This document shows, piece after piece, positions 18,791 through 28,440 of a DNA stretch of 64,000 bases. The notes under the pieces are model-generated. The model saw nothing but the letters and a program-made list of their open reading frames with translations, was not told where the DNA came from and made no database searches. Within the stretch, counting starts at the first letter, position 1, and each line of letters starts with the position of its first letter. Origin of the DNA: a virus (lineage: Duplodnaviria; Heunggongvirae; Uroviricota; Caudoviricetes). A program made the translations under genes and the position numbers. The stretch lies in IMG/VR virus record IMGVR_UViG_2548876947_000004; one strand, 5' to 3'.

Positions 18791-20380
18791 TTACTTAATA
18801 AGCAGCGGTACGCCCTGGATACGACGGGCTACGCCAGTCGGGCAGCAGGCCCAGACTACTTCCCATTTATCGAATTCCACCTGCGTAACTTTCAGCACAT
18901 ACGGTTCTGTACCGTCAGCATCAGGATCACGAGGAGCCACCAGAGCGCCGGAGGCGACAAAGCGATCTAAAAGTTTGGTCATCCCTTTAGTCAGGCCAGC
19001 CGCAGTAATACCGTCCGGGCTATGCTTCATCTGTCGGGCTAACTGGACAAAGAAACGGCTGATTGCATTCATCAGGGATGGGACGTGCTGGAAGTGCAGA
19101 TAGTTATCCTGCGTGCAGCAAGTTAAAGCATCGTCGATGATCATCTGGCCAGAGGTGCCAACAGATACTTTATTGAGACGGCCCTTAACCATTGCTTCTT
19201 CGTCCGGGGTATCTTCCGGATACAGCGGTTGAATTGATGCACGAGCAATGACGGCACGTTCTTCACCAGCCGGTGAGTAATGCCAACCGCCGACATCAGA
19301 GTTTTTCTTGACGCCACGAGCTTTCGCCGCATACGCCACGCCAGACAGACCAAAGACCACACGGGATTGGGTCCATTTGTCTTTGCAGGAGAACGGGTAG
19401 TGATAGACAGAACAGCTTACATAATCGGTACCAAGTAAACCGGTATCCTCAACAGCTGGTAGTGCTTCTGCGTACGTTAATGTCGGTTTGACATCAAAGA
19501 AGCCATCAATCAGGCGATCTGCACAGATTTTACCTAATGCGGTGATAGCCGCATTGTCATAGCAGCCCAGGCCAAGAACAGCGGTGTACATGTACGGCGC
19601 ATTGTTCAGCACCTTAACCGCACGCAGGTAGGCTTCGGTGGAGATTTTCGACTGATCGCCGTTGGTACCGCCAGTGAACGCCAGTGATTTTTTATTTGTT
19701 ACTTTCGCGGTCGAAATCAGCTCTTCATTAACAACCGCGCGCAGATATTTAGAACGGGCTTCCAGAGCCGTAGGCAGATAACACAAGCGGCCCATGTCAT
19801 CTTTCGCTTCTTCCGCCAAAGACACAGTGTGTATCTCCAGGGTCGTTACCACGCCGAGCGAAGTCGTCTGGGTCAGTTTTAAGAGGAAGCGTTCATTACC
19901 CGCGCTGTCCGCTGTTGCCGTTTCGATGGTTAACTCACGGGTAGGTGAAATACACGGATCACCATCATCAACGTAGATAGCAAAGGCTTCGCCACTATCA
20001 AGTTCAATTTCAGAACCGTATGGCAACGCACTGTAAGCCGGTTCGCCTGATTCATCGAACATAATAATCGGGAACTTCGCATCACCCGGAACAGCACGGA
20101 CAACATAACCAGACGTTTGCTGAATAGCTTCGTACACATGGCGAATTGGTTCGAACTGTGAGCCGGAAGACGGCTTCAGCGGTTCGCCGAGAACATCTTC
20201 GTAATTGGACTCAGTAACCGCAAGAACAGTAAACGGCTTGCCACGCGCAAATACGCCAATACCAGCCCACAAGCTGCTATTTAATGCAACACCGGTAGAT
20301 AACGTCGCATCGGCATTGATCGGGCTAACCGCGACGCCGGATGCATTACCTAATGACTGTTGAATTGAATATTGAGACAT
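18791..20380 (-). CDS. Putative contractile tail sheath protein (529 aa; P1 gene 22 position)
   Basis: Size and position; internal region resembles sheath-family sequence. The sheath versus capsid assignment is from remembered P1 gene order and is uncertain. Confidence 0.45.
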   Translation of the reverse strand: MSQYSIQQSLGNASGVAVSPINADATLSTGVALNSSLWAGIGVFARGKPFTVLAVTESNYEDVLGEPLKPSSGSQFEPIRHVYEAIQQTSGYVVRAVPGDAKFPIIMFDESGEPAYSALPYGSEIELDSGEAFAIYVDDGDPCISPTRELTIETATADSAGNERFLLKLTQTTSLGVVTTLEIHTVSLAEEAKDDMGRLCYLPTALEARSKYLRAVVNEELISTAKVTNKKSLAFTGGTNGDQSKISTEAYLRAVKVLNNAPYMYTAVLGLGCYDNAAITALGKICADRLIDGFFDVKPTLTYAEALPAVEDTGLLGTDYVSCSVYHYPFSCKDKWTQSRVVFGLSGVAYAAKARGVKKNSDVGGWHYSPAGEERAVIARASIQPLYPEDTPDEEAMVKGRLNKVSVGTSGQMIIDDALTCCTQDNYLHFQHVPSLMNAISRFFVQLARQMKHSPDGITAAGLTKGMTKLLDRFVASGALVAPRDPDADGTEPYVLKVTQVEFDKWEVVWACCPTGVARRIQGVPLLIK

Positions 20381-20440
20381 AACTTTCCCTGTTATGCGCC
20401 CCGCACGGGGGCGCTATGTTAAACGGAGAACTTCCCCTGA

Positions 20441-22168
20441 TTACTCAGAGTCACCGGCATCAATCGTGTCGCCGCTTATGAAGTTAAGCCCGCCTTTTTT
20501 GGCCATTGTCAGCGTTACACGAGTGAAGTAATCAGCGCCGTTGCGTGGGTGCATATCGTTGATAGCCGAACCCCACAGTGTGGTACGGTTGACCAGCGCC
20601 GGAGTGGTCGGATGCTGGAACGGGATAGCCGGGACAGCATCACCAGTCACGAAGCCTGCTTTACCCGGATTTTCATCACGGACGTAGCACAGCACATCCA
20701 TCGAGCTGAACTGAATGTTCTCTGTCGTTAAGTTCTTACAAATACCAGCAGGTACTTCGTACACTTTCACGTTACCGAACAGGGTACCGATGTAGTGAAC
20801 ATACGGAGTCTGGATATAGTCTTCGGCTGGCTGGAAGAAATCCTTCGGCAACTGTTTGAAGAAAGATGCTGCATCAGCACCAGCAAACATCCCCATCGCA
20901 CCAGAAGATTTAACGCGCTCAATAATGTCGCGATATACAGTCTGGAATTTGCCACGAATGATGGTTGCCCATACATCAAAGGACTGGTTAACCGGCAGAG
21001 CGATGTCAAAGGTGTCGGTCGCAAGAGTGCGCCAGATCATGATGCGAAGACGCAGCATATCCTGTTCATGAGACAGGTATTCCTTCAGGGTGCGGAACTG
21101 TAGGGAACCCAGGTCCAGACCAAATTCACGCTGTGCTTCATACGCCGCCTGTACCGTGTGCTCAGCCGCGATAACGAACTGACTTGGGAACAGGGTGTAT
21201 TTCTTCATTTCGTGGTTGATCAGCGGGATCAGCTCAGGAGCGGCTTCAATATTGATTTCCGTCTCAATTGCGATCTCAGTGCCTTTATCCGGCGCTTTGG
21301 AGAACGACAGGGCAATCTGACCAATGTTGTAGTTCAGAGAGCAAGTAACAGTGATTTGCTCACCAGCAGCATTAGTAAACGAGTGAAGTAGGCTGCCGGA
21401 ACCGTTATCAACAACAGACTTAATACGGTTAACGTAGATGTTAGTGCGACCTTTTCGGATTGGTACATTCTGGCCTTCGAAGTCTTCCATCTTGAAGGTT
21501 GCGGTTTTGCTGGTGCCATCGGAGCTTGCCACCAGCACATAGCGGCGGCGTAACTGGCTGTACACACCGACGGATTGCATGTCCAGAACATCACCAGCAG
21601 CATAAGAACCAAAAGAGGAACCTGCCACGTTAAAGACTTCATAGATGTCGGACTGGTCACGCGTAACCGGAATGAAGGTACACGCATCAGCGGTAGCTGC
21701 CCCCAACTGAACAGGCAGGATCATCGCGAGGAATAAAGGCAGACGCATAACACCGTCAGAAACGCTCATCATCTCTGCTGCGACGGATTCCAGCATCGCT
21801 TTATTAGTGGCATCCATGCTATTGCGGGTGGACTCAATCAGGCAGTTTTCCAGCGTCTGGTGGCAGGAGGCCAGAATTTCCGGACGCGGCATAGATTTAT
21901 GTGCTGCGGCGTAGTCAGCCAGTGCACTTGCCCACGCTGTAGCGATTTGAGCGGTGGCATTATCAGAGATACCCGCAAAAACCGGGTCTTTACGTGCAGC
22001 TTCAAGGATAGATGCGGCACGCGCGGCATCATCTTTAATGAATTGGTTATCAGTACCGAACTGCGCAGTGCTTGCCCAGCCAAGCACAGCTTTAGAGCGT
22101 TTTGCGATATCTGCAATACGATTCTGGTATTCGCGTAAGTTACTCAAGTTACTCTTCCTTAAACACAA
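20441..22168 (-). CDS. Putative major head protein (575 aa; P1 gene 23 position)
   Basis: Largest structural ORF adjacent to the par locus; assignment by size and remembered P1 order. Confidence 0.45.
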   Translation of the reverse strand: MCLRKSNLSNLREYQNRIADIAKRSKAVLGWASTAQFGTDNQFIKDDAARAASILEAARKDPVFAGISDNATAQIATAWASALADYAAAHKSMPRPEILASCHQTLENCLIESTRNSMDATNKAMLESVAAEMMSVSDGVMRLPLFLAMILPVQLGAATADACTFIPVTRDQSDIYEVFNVAGSSFGSYAAGDVLDMQSVGVYSQLRRRYVLVASSDGTSKTATFKMEDFEGQNVPIRKGRTNIYVNRIKSVVDNGSGSLLHSFTNAAGEQITVTCSLNYNIGQIALSFSKAPDKGTEIAIETEINIEAAPELIPLINHEMKKYTLFPSQFVIAAEHTVQAAYEAQREFGLDLGSLQFRTLKEYLSHEQDMLRLRIMIWRTLATDTFDIALPVNQSFDVWATIIRGKFQTVYRDIIERVKSSGAMGMFAGADAASFFKQLPKDFFQPAEDYIQTPYVHYIGTLFGNVKVYEVPAGICKNLTTENIQFSSMDVLCYVRDENPGKAGFVTGDAVPAIPFQHPTTPALVNRTTLWGSAINDMHPRNGADYFTRVTLTMAKKGGLNFISGDTIDAGDSE

Positions 22169-22189
22169 GGCACTTGTGTGAATCCCTTT

Positions 22190-22400
22190 TCGGAAGAGAT
22201 TTTATTGAAAGTCACTTGTTGACTTTCTCGCGAAAAGTAATTTTTTAAATTTTTTGTGCGGGGAAGTGGACGGTGAATGCAGGCGTTAAATCGTGGGAAT
22301 TTCAGTCTGAAATTCTCCTAAAAAACACATGCAAATCATAAGGTTAGTAATGAAATTGGTGCGGGACATTTTAGGAAGGGGAGGGGCTAACACCACCTCC
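22190..22400 (-). promoter_or_regulatory. Candidate partition site (parS-like centromere) downstream of parB
   Basis: Non-coding AT-rich region directly downstream of parB with an 8-bp-arm palindrome gaaagtca-cttgt-tgactttc (22206-22226) and several GAAAT/ATTTC heptamer-like motifs; canonical P1 box sequences not clearly matched. Confidence 0.3.
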
Positions 22401-22411
22401 CACCAGCGGGA

Positions 22412-23377
22412 TTATTCCCCAGCAGACATTTTCCCAATGATTTTTTTTATTGCTTCGTCAATTTCAGTTTGCACTCCAGACGGGAGTCTGGAGAACTCGT
22501 AGGCGACAACCCGTTTTTTCGGATCGGACTTCTTTCGAGCATATTGGCGACGGTCAGAGAAGTCTCGCAGCTTCTCAACCACCACAGATTTAACCGGCGC
22601 GGGCTTCAGGCTTTTGCTTTCCGCTTTGAAGATAGCCAGTATCTTCGCTTTATCCTCTTTCGCGCCCTCAGTCTCTGCAATTCGTTCGCGCACCGTATCA
22701 ACCAGCTCTTCAATAGGCACGCTTTTAGCGTTGGCATCCTCGGAGATCTGGAGCAGTAACTGGTAATCTGGCAGGGCGAGATCGCTGGCAACAGGGAAGA
22801 CAGCAATCATCTCATCCGGCACCGCTGCCGCCTGGAACGCGCGCGTAACTTTAGCCTTTGAAATGTTCTCAGCGCGGGCGATCTCTTCTTTGGTCATGCT
22901 CTTACCATACATAACCTCGAAGCGTTTACCCAGTTCGCGCAGGGTGTGTTCGCGGGCTGTCTGGATATCAATGGCCAGCTGGCGTGCATCCGCCAGGCTG
23001 ATCTCATCTTTCGTCACCAGAATCTCAAATTTCGTTTCATTGAAGATACACGCAGCGCGGCGACGTGATCCGTCCAATACCTCAATGCGCTCCCCAACCA
23101 TACGACCGATAGCCGGGAAGAACTGTTGCAATTTAATGGTGCGGGAAATATCGCTTACCGACTCAGGGGTGAGCAGAGACTGATCGCGGCCGTTAACTGC
23201 CGGGTCAACGAACGTGCGCGACTCAATCTCACCACTCAGCACAACGGTAAGCAAAAATTTAGCCTGGCGGCCAGATTTTAGGGTAAAGGTTTTGGTGCCT
23301 TCACTGCCTTCAAGCATGCGAGCAAACTCGGAGCTATTCTTGCCCAGCACTCGTCCACGGGAAACTATTTTTTTCAT
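22412..23377 (-). CDS. parB: Partition protein ParB (321 aa)
   Basis: ParB-family motifs (...ILDGSRRRAA...) and position downstream of parA. Confidence 0.85.
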   Translation of the reverse strand: MKKIVSRGRVLGKNSSEFARMLEGSEGTKTFTLKSGRQAKFLLTVVLSGEIESRTFVDPAVNGRDQSLLTPESVSDISRTIKLQQFFPAIGRMVGERIEVLDGSRRRAACIFNETKFEILVTKDEISLADARQLAIDIQTAREHTLRELGKRFEVMYGKSMTKEEIARAENISKAKVTRAFQAAAVPDEMIAVFPVASDLALPDYQLLLQISEDANAKSVPIEELVDTVRERIAETEGAKEDKAKILAIFKAESKSLKPAPVKSVVVEKLRDFSDRRQYARKKSDPKKRVVAYEFSRLPSGVQTEIDEAIKKIIGKMSAGE

Positions 23378-24585
23378 GCCGCCTCACCCCTAACAAACTC
23401 AATTCGATCAAACACAGCCTTAGTGAAACGCTCGGCCTCGGTTCGTGCCTTCTTCAGCGCCTCTGCACTGCCTGGATACGATTGCGGGTTGGCACTGATT
23501 ACGGTGTCGAAAGACTCGCCGCATCGCTCAAATCCATCCAGACGAGGCAGAGAAGAGTCCAGAATGTTGCTGGCGTAAACCTCACGCGCAAGGCTGTGTG
23601 ATGTCTCGTGATCGCGCTTGCCGGTCATCTTCGACATAAAACCAATGCTGGCGCTTAAACGCGGTTCTACGCCTTCCTCCTCCAGTTGCTCCAGCATTTC
23701 TGGCAGACGGGTGAGATATTTCAGTGTTGAGTGGAAGTCAACCTGGGCTGGTGGGGTAGGGGTAAGCAGCAAATCGCTGGCCGCCAGACCGTTGAGCAGG
23801 AACGGATCCAGGTGTGGACCGGTATCAATAAAGATAAAGTCATAATCATCCGCAACACGATCAATGATATTGCGTCGAAGGATTTCGTACTGATTTTGTC
23901 CGGGAAGATGCTCTTCAACCAGCTCTTTCCATTGGCTGGCAACAAAGCCATCGTCGATAGAGGCTGGAATCACGTCTACGCCAGGAACGATGGTCGGACG
24001 AATCACCTCTTTGCGTAGCGTCTCCGCGTCCAGGTCGTTCAGCATCGCCTGCGCGGCGGTTTCCAGGATGGAACCAATACTGTGAGTATGGTCGAGGAAC
24101 ATTGTGCTGGATGCCTGAGGGTCAAGGTCAATTACCAGAATGCGCAGATCGTGACGCAGTAAATCCTGATGCACACGCAGAGCGTGCGCCAACGTGACTG
24201 TGGAAACCGTTTTGGATACTCCACCCTTCAGGTTTACGACAAAAATAACGTAAGGCGATTTGTGAATGTCGCGATATTTTGGGATCTTACGGTGGGCATA
24301 GATATCAATGACGTTCTGGATGGTCAGCGCGTACTGTTCAACGTTACCGACCTGTTTCTTGTTGAACTGGTACCCATCATCTTCCATCTCTTTGATGGCC
24401 TGCTCCACAATGCGGCGGCTCAGCTTCGGCAACTTTGCCACAGCGTTACGAGTGAACGTCTGATAATACTCGGTCTGATTGAACTCTTTGCGCTGATCTT
24501 CAATATCCTGACTCATGGCCTTAAGTAATGCGCTTGCACGAAGAGCTATGGTGCCGACACCGCCGTAATCGCGTTTCATCATCAT
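23374..24585 (-). CDS. parA: Partition ATPase ParA, type Ia (403 aa)
   Basis: Deviant Walker A KGGVSKT, long N-terminal DNA-binding extension, LVIDLDPQ motif; overlaps parB start by 4 nt. Confidence 0.9.
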   Translation of the reverse strand: MMMKRDYGGVGTIALRASALLKAMSQDIEDQRKEFNQTEYYQTFTRNAVAKLPKLSRRIVEQAIKEMEDDGYQFNKKQVGNVEQYALTIQNVIDIYAHRKIPKYRDIHKSPYVIFVVNLKGGVSKTVSTVTLAHALRVHQDLLRHDLRILVIDLDPQASSTMFLDHTHSIGSILETAAQAMLNDLDAETLRKEVIRPTIVPGVDVIPASIDDGFVASQWKELVEEHLPGQNQYEILRRNIIDRVADDYDFIFIDTGPHLDPFLLNGLAASDLLLTPTPPAQVDFHSTLKYLTRLPEMLEQLEEEGVEPRLSASIGFMSKMTGKRDHETSHSLAREVYASNILDSSLPRLDGFERCGESFDTVISANPQSYPGSAEALKKARTEAERFTKAVFDRIEFVRGEAA

Positions 24586-24637
24586 CTCCTTATCATTTCG
24601 TATGAGTGAATTGTACGTTTGATTCTGCTACGTGCAA

Positions 24638-24685
24638 CTTATTTTGATTCGTGCGTAAATTATTGCACGTAAAGAAATGGCGATG
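24638..24685. promoter_or_regulatory. Candidate par operator/promoter (imperfect inverted repeat)
   Basis: acgtgcaa ... ttgcacgt inverted repeat 55-95 bp upstream of the parA start. Confidence 0.4.
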
Positions 24686-24689
24686 AGGC

Positions 24690-24980
24690 TATTAGATGTG
24701 TGCTGGAGGGATGATGCAGGACCAGAATGTGCGATAGAGGGAAGTCGCATTGAATTATGTGTTGTGGAGGGATCGCTGGTATCAAATATGTGCGCTGAAG
24801 GGAAAGATAGAAGATTAGATGTGCGCTGGAGGGAAACTTGGATGGTTAGATGTGTGCTGGAGGGAATGTCTGGGCAAACTGCGTGGCGCAACCCTCCAGC
24901 GCACACCAAAAACAGGAAAATGGGCAGGCATTCCCGGCAGCGCACATTTTTCAAATGCAGCAGCCCTCCAGCACACACTT
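24690..24980. repeat. incA-type iteron array (nine ~19-bp RepA-binding repeats, six in one orientation and three in the other)
   Basis: Repeats of TGTG(T/C)GCTGGAGGGA(A/T) and variants at ~24700, 24730, 24762, 24790, 24820, 24850 and three reverse-complement copies at ~24894, 24935, 24965; immediately downstream of the repA stop. Confidence 0.8.
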
Positions 24981-25839
24981 ATTCGGGAAGTTTCAGCTTT
25001 GGATTGCGAGAATGGACGATTACAAAACTTTCCCGGCCTTTCTTCTCAATTGAACAGTCGAGATAGCCGATTGTTTTAAGCTGTTCTATCGCTTTCTTAA
25101 TGATACGGTTTTGCTCGCCAACAGCTGACTGCAAAGCCAGGCGCTCACGGATTCGCGCGAACGATAGCGGCAACGGGTTCTGCGGAAGGCTTTCGATGAA
25201 AGTGTAAATGGCTTGTGCAGCTTCTTTCTTCGGAAGGGCACGCAAGGCGTGGTGTTGCAACAGAACGCGATAATCAAGCTGGAACAGCTCCCACAGCTTC
25301 GAATCAGCCTCCAGCTCTATCAGATCAAGGTCAGCATCAAAACGCCCGACCTTCAGCAGACCAGTCTGATAGCCGCCTTTAGCATCTTTTCCGCGCTTAA
25401 AAGCGATACCCTTGTTACGCAAGCGTCCAAGTGATTCATGAATGGTTAAACGCAGTTTCGCATCCAGACGTTTTGAGGGGAAACCACAGGCTTTAGCGAA
25501 TTCCTGAAACGATAACTGGATGGTGTTTGAGGACAAGCCGTATTTGCTGAACGCGTAGATGACACCGATCCACGTTTTGAAATCAGTATCCATATCGAGT
25601 CGAGGACCGGTGATTTTAATATCATCGTAACCCTCGGCTTTAGCTATCTCCAGCTGGGAAAACGCTTTGGTGGCATCAATCTCTTTACTTTCTCCTTTGC
25701 TCTTTGATGGCTTCGGAACGAATACCCCCAAGCGCATCAACGCTACAGGCTGCACAGTGTTGTTTGAATTAACTGTTAGTTCTTTTGCCTTACTTTCAAT
25801 GTCTGCGTAAAGAATATCGGAGATAAATGATTGATTCAT
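24979..25839 (-). CDS. repA: Plasmid replication initiator RepA (286 aa)
   Basis: 286-aa ORF flanked by iteron arrays on both sides; sequence matches my recollection of P1 RepA. Confidence 0.9.
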   Translation of the reverse strand: MNQSFISDILYADIESKAKELTVNSNNTVQPVALMRLGVFVPKPSKSKGESKEIDATKAFSQLEIAKAEGYDDIKITGPRLDMDTDFKTWIGVIYAFSKYGLSSNTIQLSFQEFAKACGFPSKRLDAKLRLTIHESLGRLRNKGIAFKRGKDAKGGYQTGLLKVGRFDADLDLIELEADSKLWELFQLDYRVLLQHHALRALPKKEAAQAIYTFIESLPQNPLPLSFARIRERLALQSAVGEQNRIIKKAIEQLKTIGYLDCSIEKKGRESFVIVHSRNPKLKLPE

Positions 25840-25894
25840 ATTACTTTTTCCGAATTATGTGGATAGTTTTTATAAGTGGTGATAACTACCCAGG

Positions 25895-26000
25895 CTTTCC
25901 CGTCAGCACACATCCTATATCCCGCCAGCACACATTAGCAACCCGTCAGCACACATTTTTATCCCGCCAGCACACATCGTTTTCCCTCCAGCACACATCG
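25895..26000. repeat. incC-type iteron array (five direct repeats) within the plasmid origin
   Basis: Five copies of (a/t)tccc(g/t)(c/t)cagcacacat spaced ~21 bp apart immediately upstream of repA. Confidence 0.8.
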
Positions 26001-26034
26001 CGATACACTTCTAGGCCAGACGTGGCGCGGCCTG

Positions 26035-26120
26035 CAACGATCAGGGATCTATATGGATCTAATTGGGATCTGTATGGACCTAATTATTGGATCTACTCAG
26101 TGGATAATGTGGATAAGTGA
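26035..26120. promoter_or_regulatory. Plasmid origin core: GATC-containing heptamer repeats plus tandem DnaA boxes
   Basis: Five spaced repeats of (g)gatct (one degenerate ggacct) at 26039-26095, followed by AGTGGATAA and TGTGGATAA (DnaA box consensus) at 26099-26116. Confidence 0.75.
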
Positions 26121-26157
26121 AAAACCGGCCAACAAAGCCGGTTGGAAGGAAACCGTA

Positions 26158-26550
26158 TTATTCTACGCTTTCGATAAGAAGACCATGTTCATAACATTTA
26201 AGCTCATCGCCTTCGTACAGGAATTGGTATCCAACACCACCATCTTCATGGACATTAGGGAATAACTCATAACTCACTGAAGAGCAAATCACACCAATGC
26301 AGCGATCAACTCCCTCTCGTTCTTCAGTGCTGAAAAAATCCTCTTCGGTTAGAACATGAGTACATTGCTCATCAGCATAGGTCGGAAATACATGCTCAAT
26401 GCAATCCGGGTGTTTTAAACCAAGCTGATCGGCAAGCTCGAAAGCACGACGGTATTGTTCAGATCCTGGCTTGCCAACAGTGATTTGCTCAATTTTGTAG
26501 ATTGAAGTCGCTTTGTTGATAGTTTGCTTTACTGTTACTTTATCAGACAT
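26158..26550 (-). CDS. Hypothetical acidic protein (130 aa)
   Basis: ORF with plausible spacing; no family recognised. Confidence 0.4.
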   Translation of the reverse strand: MSDKVTVKQTINKATSIYKIEQITVGKPGSEQYRRAFELADQLGLKHPDCIEHVFPTYADEQCTHVLTEEDFFSTEEREGVDRCIGVICSSVSYELFPNVHEDGGVGYQFLYEGDELKCYEHGLLIESVE

Positions 26551-26561
26551 AAAAATCCCTT

Positions 26562-26894
26562 TTAGTTACCGCTGATAGCGCGGTTGTAATCATTAACGTT
26601 GCGATTCTTCCTGTTAATCCCCATCAGCATCGTTTCTGTATCGAGGATATACGCTGGCAGATCATCAAAATATTCACTGCTAAACTCCGGCATCCTGCAC
26701 ATAAATGCACTTTTGGGGGCAGGGTGGTTAACCTCTGTCGGCGTCGGCGTTAAATTCGCTGATCGACTCCCGGAGCAACCGCTGAGTGTCAACAGGAATG
26801 CGCTGGCGAACACTACCCGATGCAACCAGTTGTTTCTGAACTTCAGCTTTTCGTTCCATTTGTCTGTCTGCATACTTCGCTTGTTCTGATTCAT
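26562..26894 (-). CDS. Lipoprotein, candidate outer-membrane spanin (start possibly at internal Met)
   Basis: Lipobox LLTLSGC followed by Pro/Thr-rich TPTPTEVNHPAP; 5' part overlaps the 3' end of the upstream TM/coiled-coil gene in another frame. Confidence 0.4.
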   Translation of the reverse strand: MNQNKRSMQTDKWNEKLKFRNNWLHRVVFASAFLLTLSGCSGSRSANLTPTPTEVNHPAPKSAFMCRMPEFSSEYFDDLPAYILDTETMLMGINRKNRNVNDYNRAISGN

Positions 26895-27150
26895 TTTTCA
26901 CTTCCTGGCTGTGAAAATGTTGATCCGCTTTATTTATCGTCTCAATGGTCTGGTTAAGATCAATGATTGACTTATCGCGCTCCTTAACAGCCTGATCAAG
27001 GCTGCCAATTTTTTCCAAGGCTTGCTTTAACTGATAACGTTCCCATGCAAACCCAGCACCAACAAGTGCGCAAATCAGGACAAGAACACCAGTAACAGCA
27101 AGTTTCTCCTTCAAAGACAAAGCTGTTTTTAACGTTGAAAAAAACGACAT
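26728..27150 (-). CDS. Membrane-anchored coiled-coil protein, candidate inner-membrane spanin (140 aa)
   Basis: N-terminal TM segment (LAVTGVLVLICALVGAGFAW) followed by charged, helical periplasmic region. Confidence 0.45.
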   Translation of the reverse strand: MSFFSTLKTALSLKEKLAVTGVLVLICALVGAGFAWERYQLKQALEKIGSLDQAVKERDKSIIDLNQTIETINKADQHFHSQEVKNESEQAKYADRQMERKAEVQKQLVASGSVRQRIPVDTQRLLRESISEFNADADRG

Positions 27151-27189
27151 TTCTTCCTCCTGAAGAAAAATTATCTGTGAAGTCCTTTG

Positions 27190-28035
27190 TTAAAGTGTCG
27201 CCTTGTTTAATTCATCAAGAACAGAATCAGGAACCAAAGCTGCGACTGCGCTGGCTGTGCTGGCCTTATTTGCTGATGCTTCCGCAAGCGCGGTACCGAT
27301 AGCATGGTTATAAGCAGTTATGGCTACGTTGGCGCTTTCATTCGCTCGTTCATACTGCTGTTGTAACGCAGTTGTGGGCGCTGTTGTCTGGTTGAAAACA
27401 ACCCCAAACTGTTCAGTTGCTACTTTCAGAGATTCAATTTGCTCTTCTGTTAGTGCTGGTGGGGGAGTGGCTGTGCCGCCGCCTGAACCAGAGCCTGACG
27501 AGCTTCCTGAGCCAGTGTTAAGGGTCTGGTTAATCTCCCCCATAGCAGCGACTAAACTTGATGTATTAAGCGCGTTAACAGCGTCCTCAAGCGATTTAGT
27601 AATATTCACATCACCAATGGCAATAGAGATCGGCAGTTCTGAAACTTCTCGCTCATTAGCACGGCAGTAAACATCCCAACCAATATCGAGTTGAAGCAGC
27701 ATTGACAGATCTGCATAACCAGCCAACAGGTCCGCGTGCTTAGTTGCCAGTTCTCCAATGTTCGTTAAGCCGGTTGTGGTTGTTCTGATCGTTGAAACAT
27801 AGCTGGTAATAGTGTCGGGATAGACAATTGTATCCAGAATTAATCCGGTCAATTCTTCTGCAAGCAGTTTTGCTGTGTTAGCACTGTTTCGTGCCGATGT
27901 TATGGCACCAGGTGTTTTCATCCCACCGGCGGCGGCCAATTTTTTATATGCGGATAACTGGTAGTCTTTTTCCAGCATGATATCTCCTAACTTACCTGAA
28001 CCAGGCCGTCTCCGGACGCTACGGTAGAGCCGCAT
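27190..28035 (-). CDS. Hypothetical protein with Gly/Ser-rich linker (281 aa)
   Basis: ORF; central SGSSSGSGSGGG linker between two helical halves. Confidence 0.45.
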   Translation of the reverse strand: MRLYRSVRRRPGSGKLGDIMLEKDYQLSAYKKLAAAGGMKTPGAITSARNSANTAKLLAEELTGLILDTIVYPDTITSYVSTIRTTTTGLTNIGELATKHADLLAGYADLSMLLQLDIGWDVYCRANEREVSELPISIAIGDVNITKSLEDAVNALNTSSLVAAMGEINQTLNTGSGSSSGSGSGGGTATPPPALTEEQIESLKVATEQFGVVFNQTTAPTTALQQQYERANESANVAITAYNHAIGTALAEASANKASTASAVAALVPDSVLDELNKATL

Positions 28036-28271
28036 GAAACAGGGTCACCAACGCATACGACCCCTTTACCATTGACGGTAAACCATGCCCTGGTTGATAT
28101 AGCTTGCCCACCGTGCGTACTGTTTCCATCGGTATGCTGTGCATATTGCTTACCATCAACTAACACTTCGACTCCGTTGACTTTAAGTAGTGGTTCACTC
28201 TCTACAGGAGGCCTATATGGGAATCCTCCGTGCCCCGAACAAATGCTGTCTTTTGTTGCAATACTTGCCAC
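27987..28271 (-). CDS. PAAR-like protein (94 aa)
   Basis: Pattern ...CSGHGG...VNGVEVLVDG...HTDGNSTHGG...VNGKGVVCVGDPVSCG resembles PAAR-repeat spike-tip proteins. Confidence 0.4.
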   Translation of the reverse strand: MASIATKDSICSGHGGFPYRPPVESEPLLKVNGVEVLVDGKQYAQHTDGNSTHGGQAISTRAWFTVNGKGVVCVGDPVSCGSTVASGDGLVQVS

Positions 28272-28352
28272 GTCATCACCAATGATTTGCTCTGATTTTC
28301 GTTATTTTAACTCAGGTTGTTTGTGGTCTACATGACGTTTACCTATTGCAAA

Positions 28353-28369
28353 ATTGCTCTAATGAATAT
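28353..28369 (+). promoter_or_regulatory. C1 operator-like site upstream of the rdgC-like/methyltransferase operon
   Basis: ATTGCTCTAATGAATAT, 14/17 consensus match. Confidence 0.5.
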
Positions 28370-28440
28370 TGTTTTTTATGTCGTATTTTCGGTACCATTC
28401 AGCCATCGCCCTTCAATGGGCATTTGTTTGGAGTCGTCAG

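Noticed and set aside
24690-26000. Repeat arrays flanking repA as a possible CRISPR array
   Set aside because: The repeats are 19-bp iterons with short irregular spacing, occur in both orientations, flank a replication initiator gene and have no cas genes nearby; they are RepA-binding iterons.
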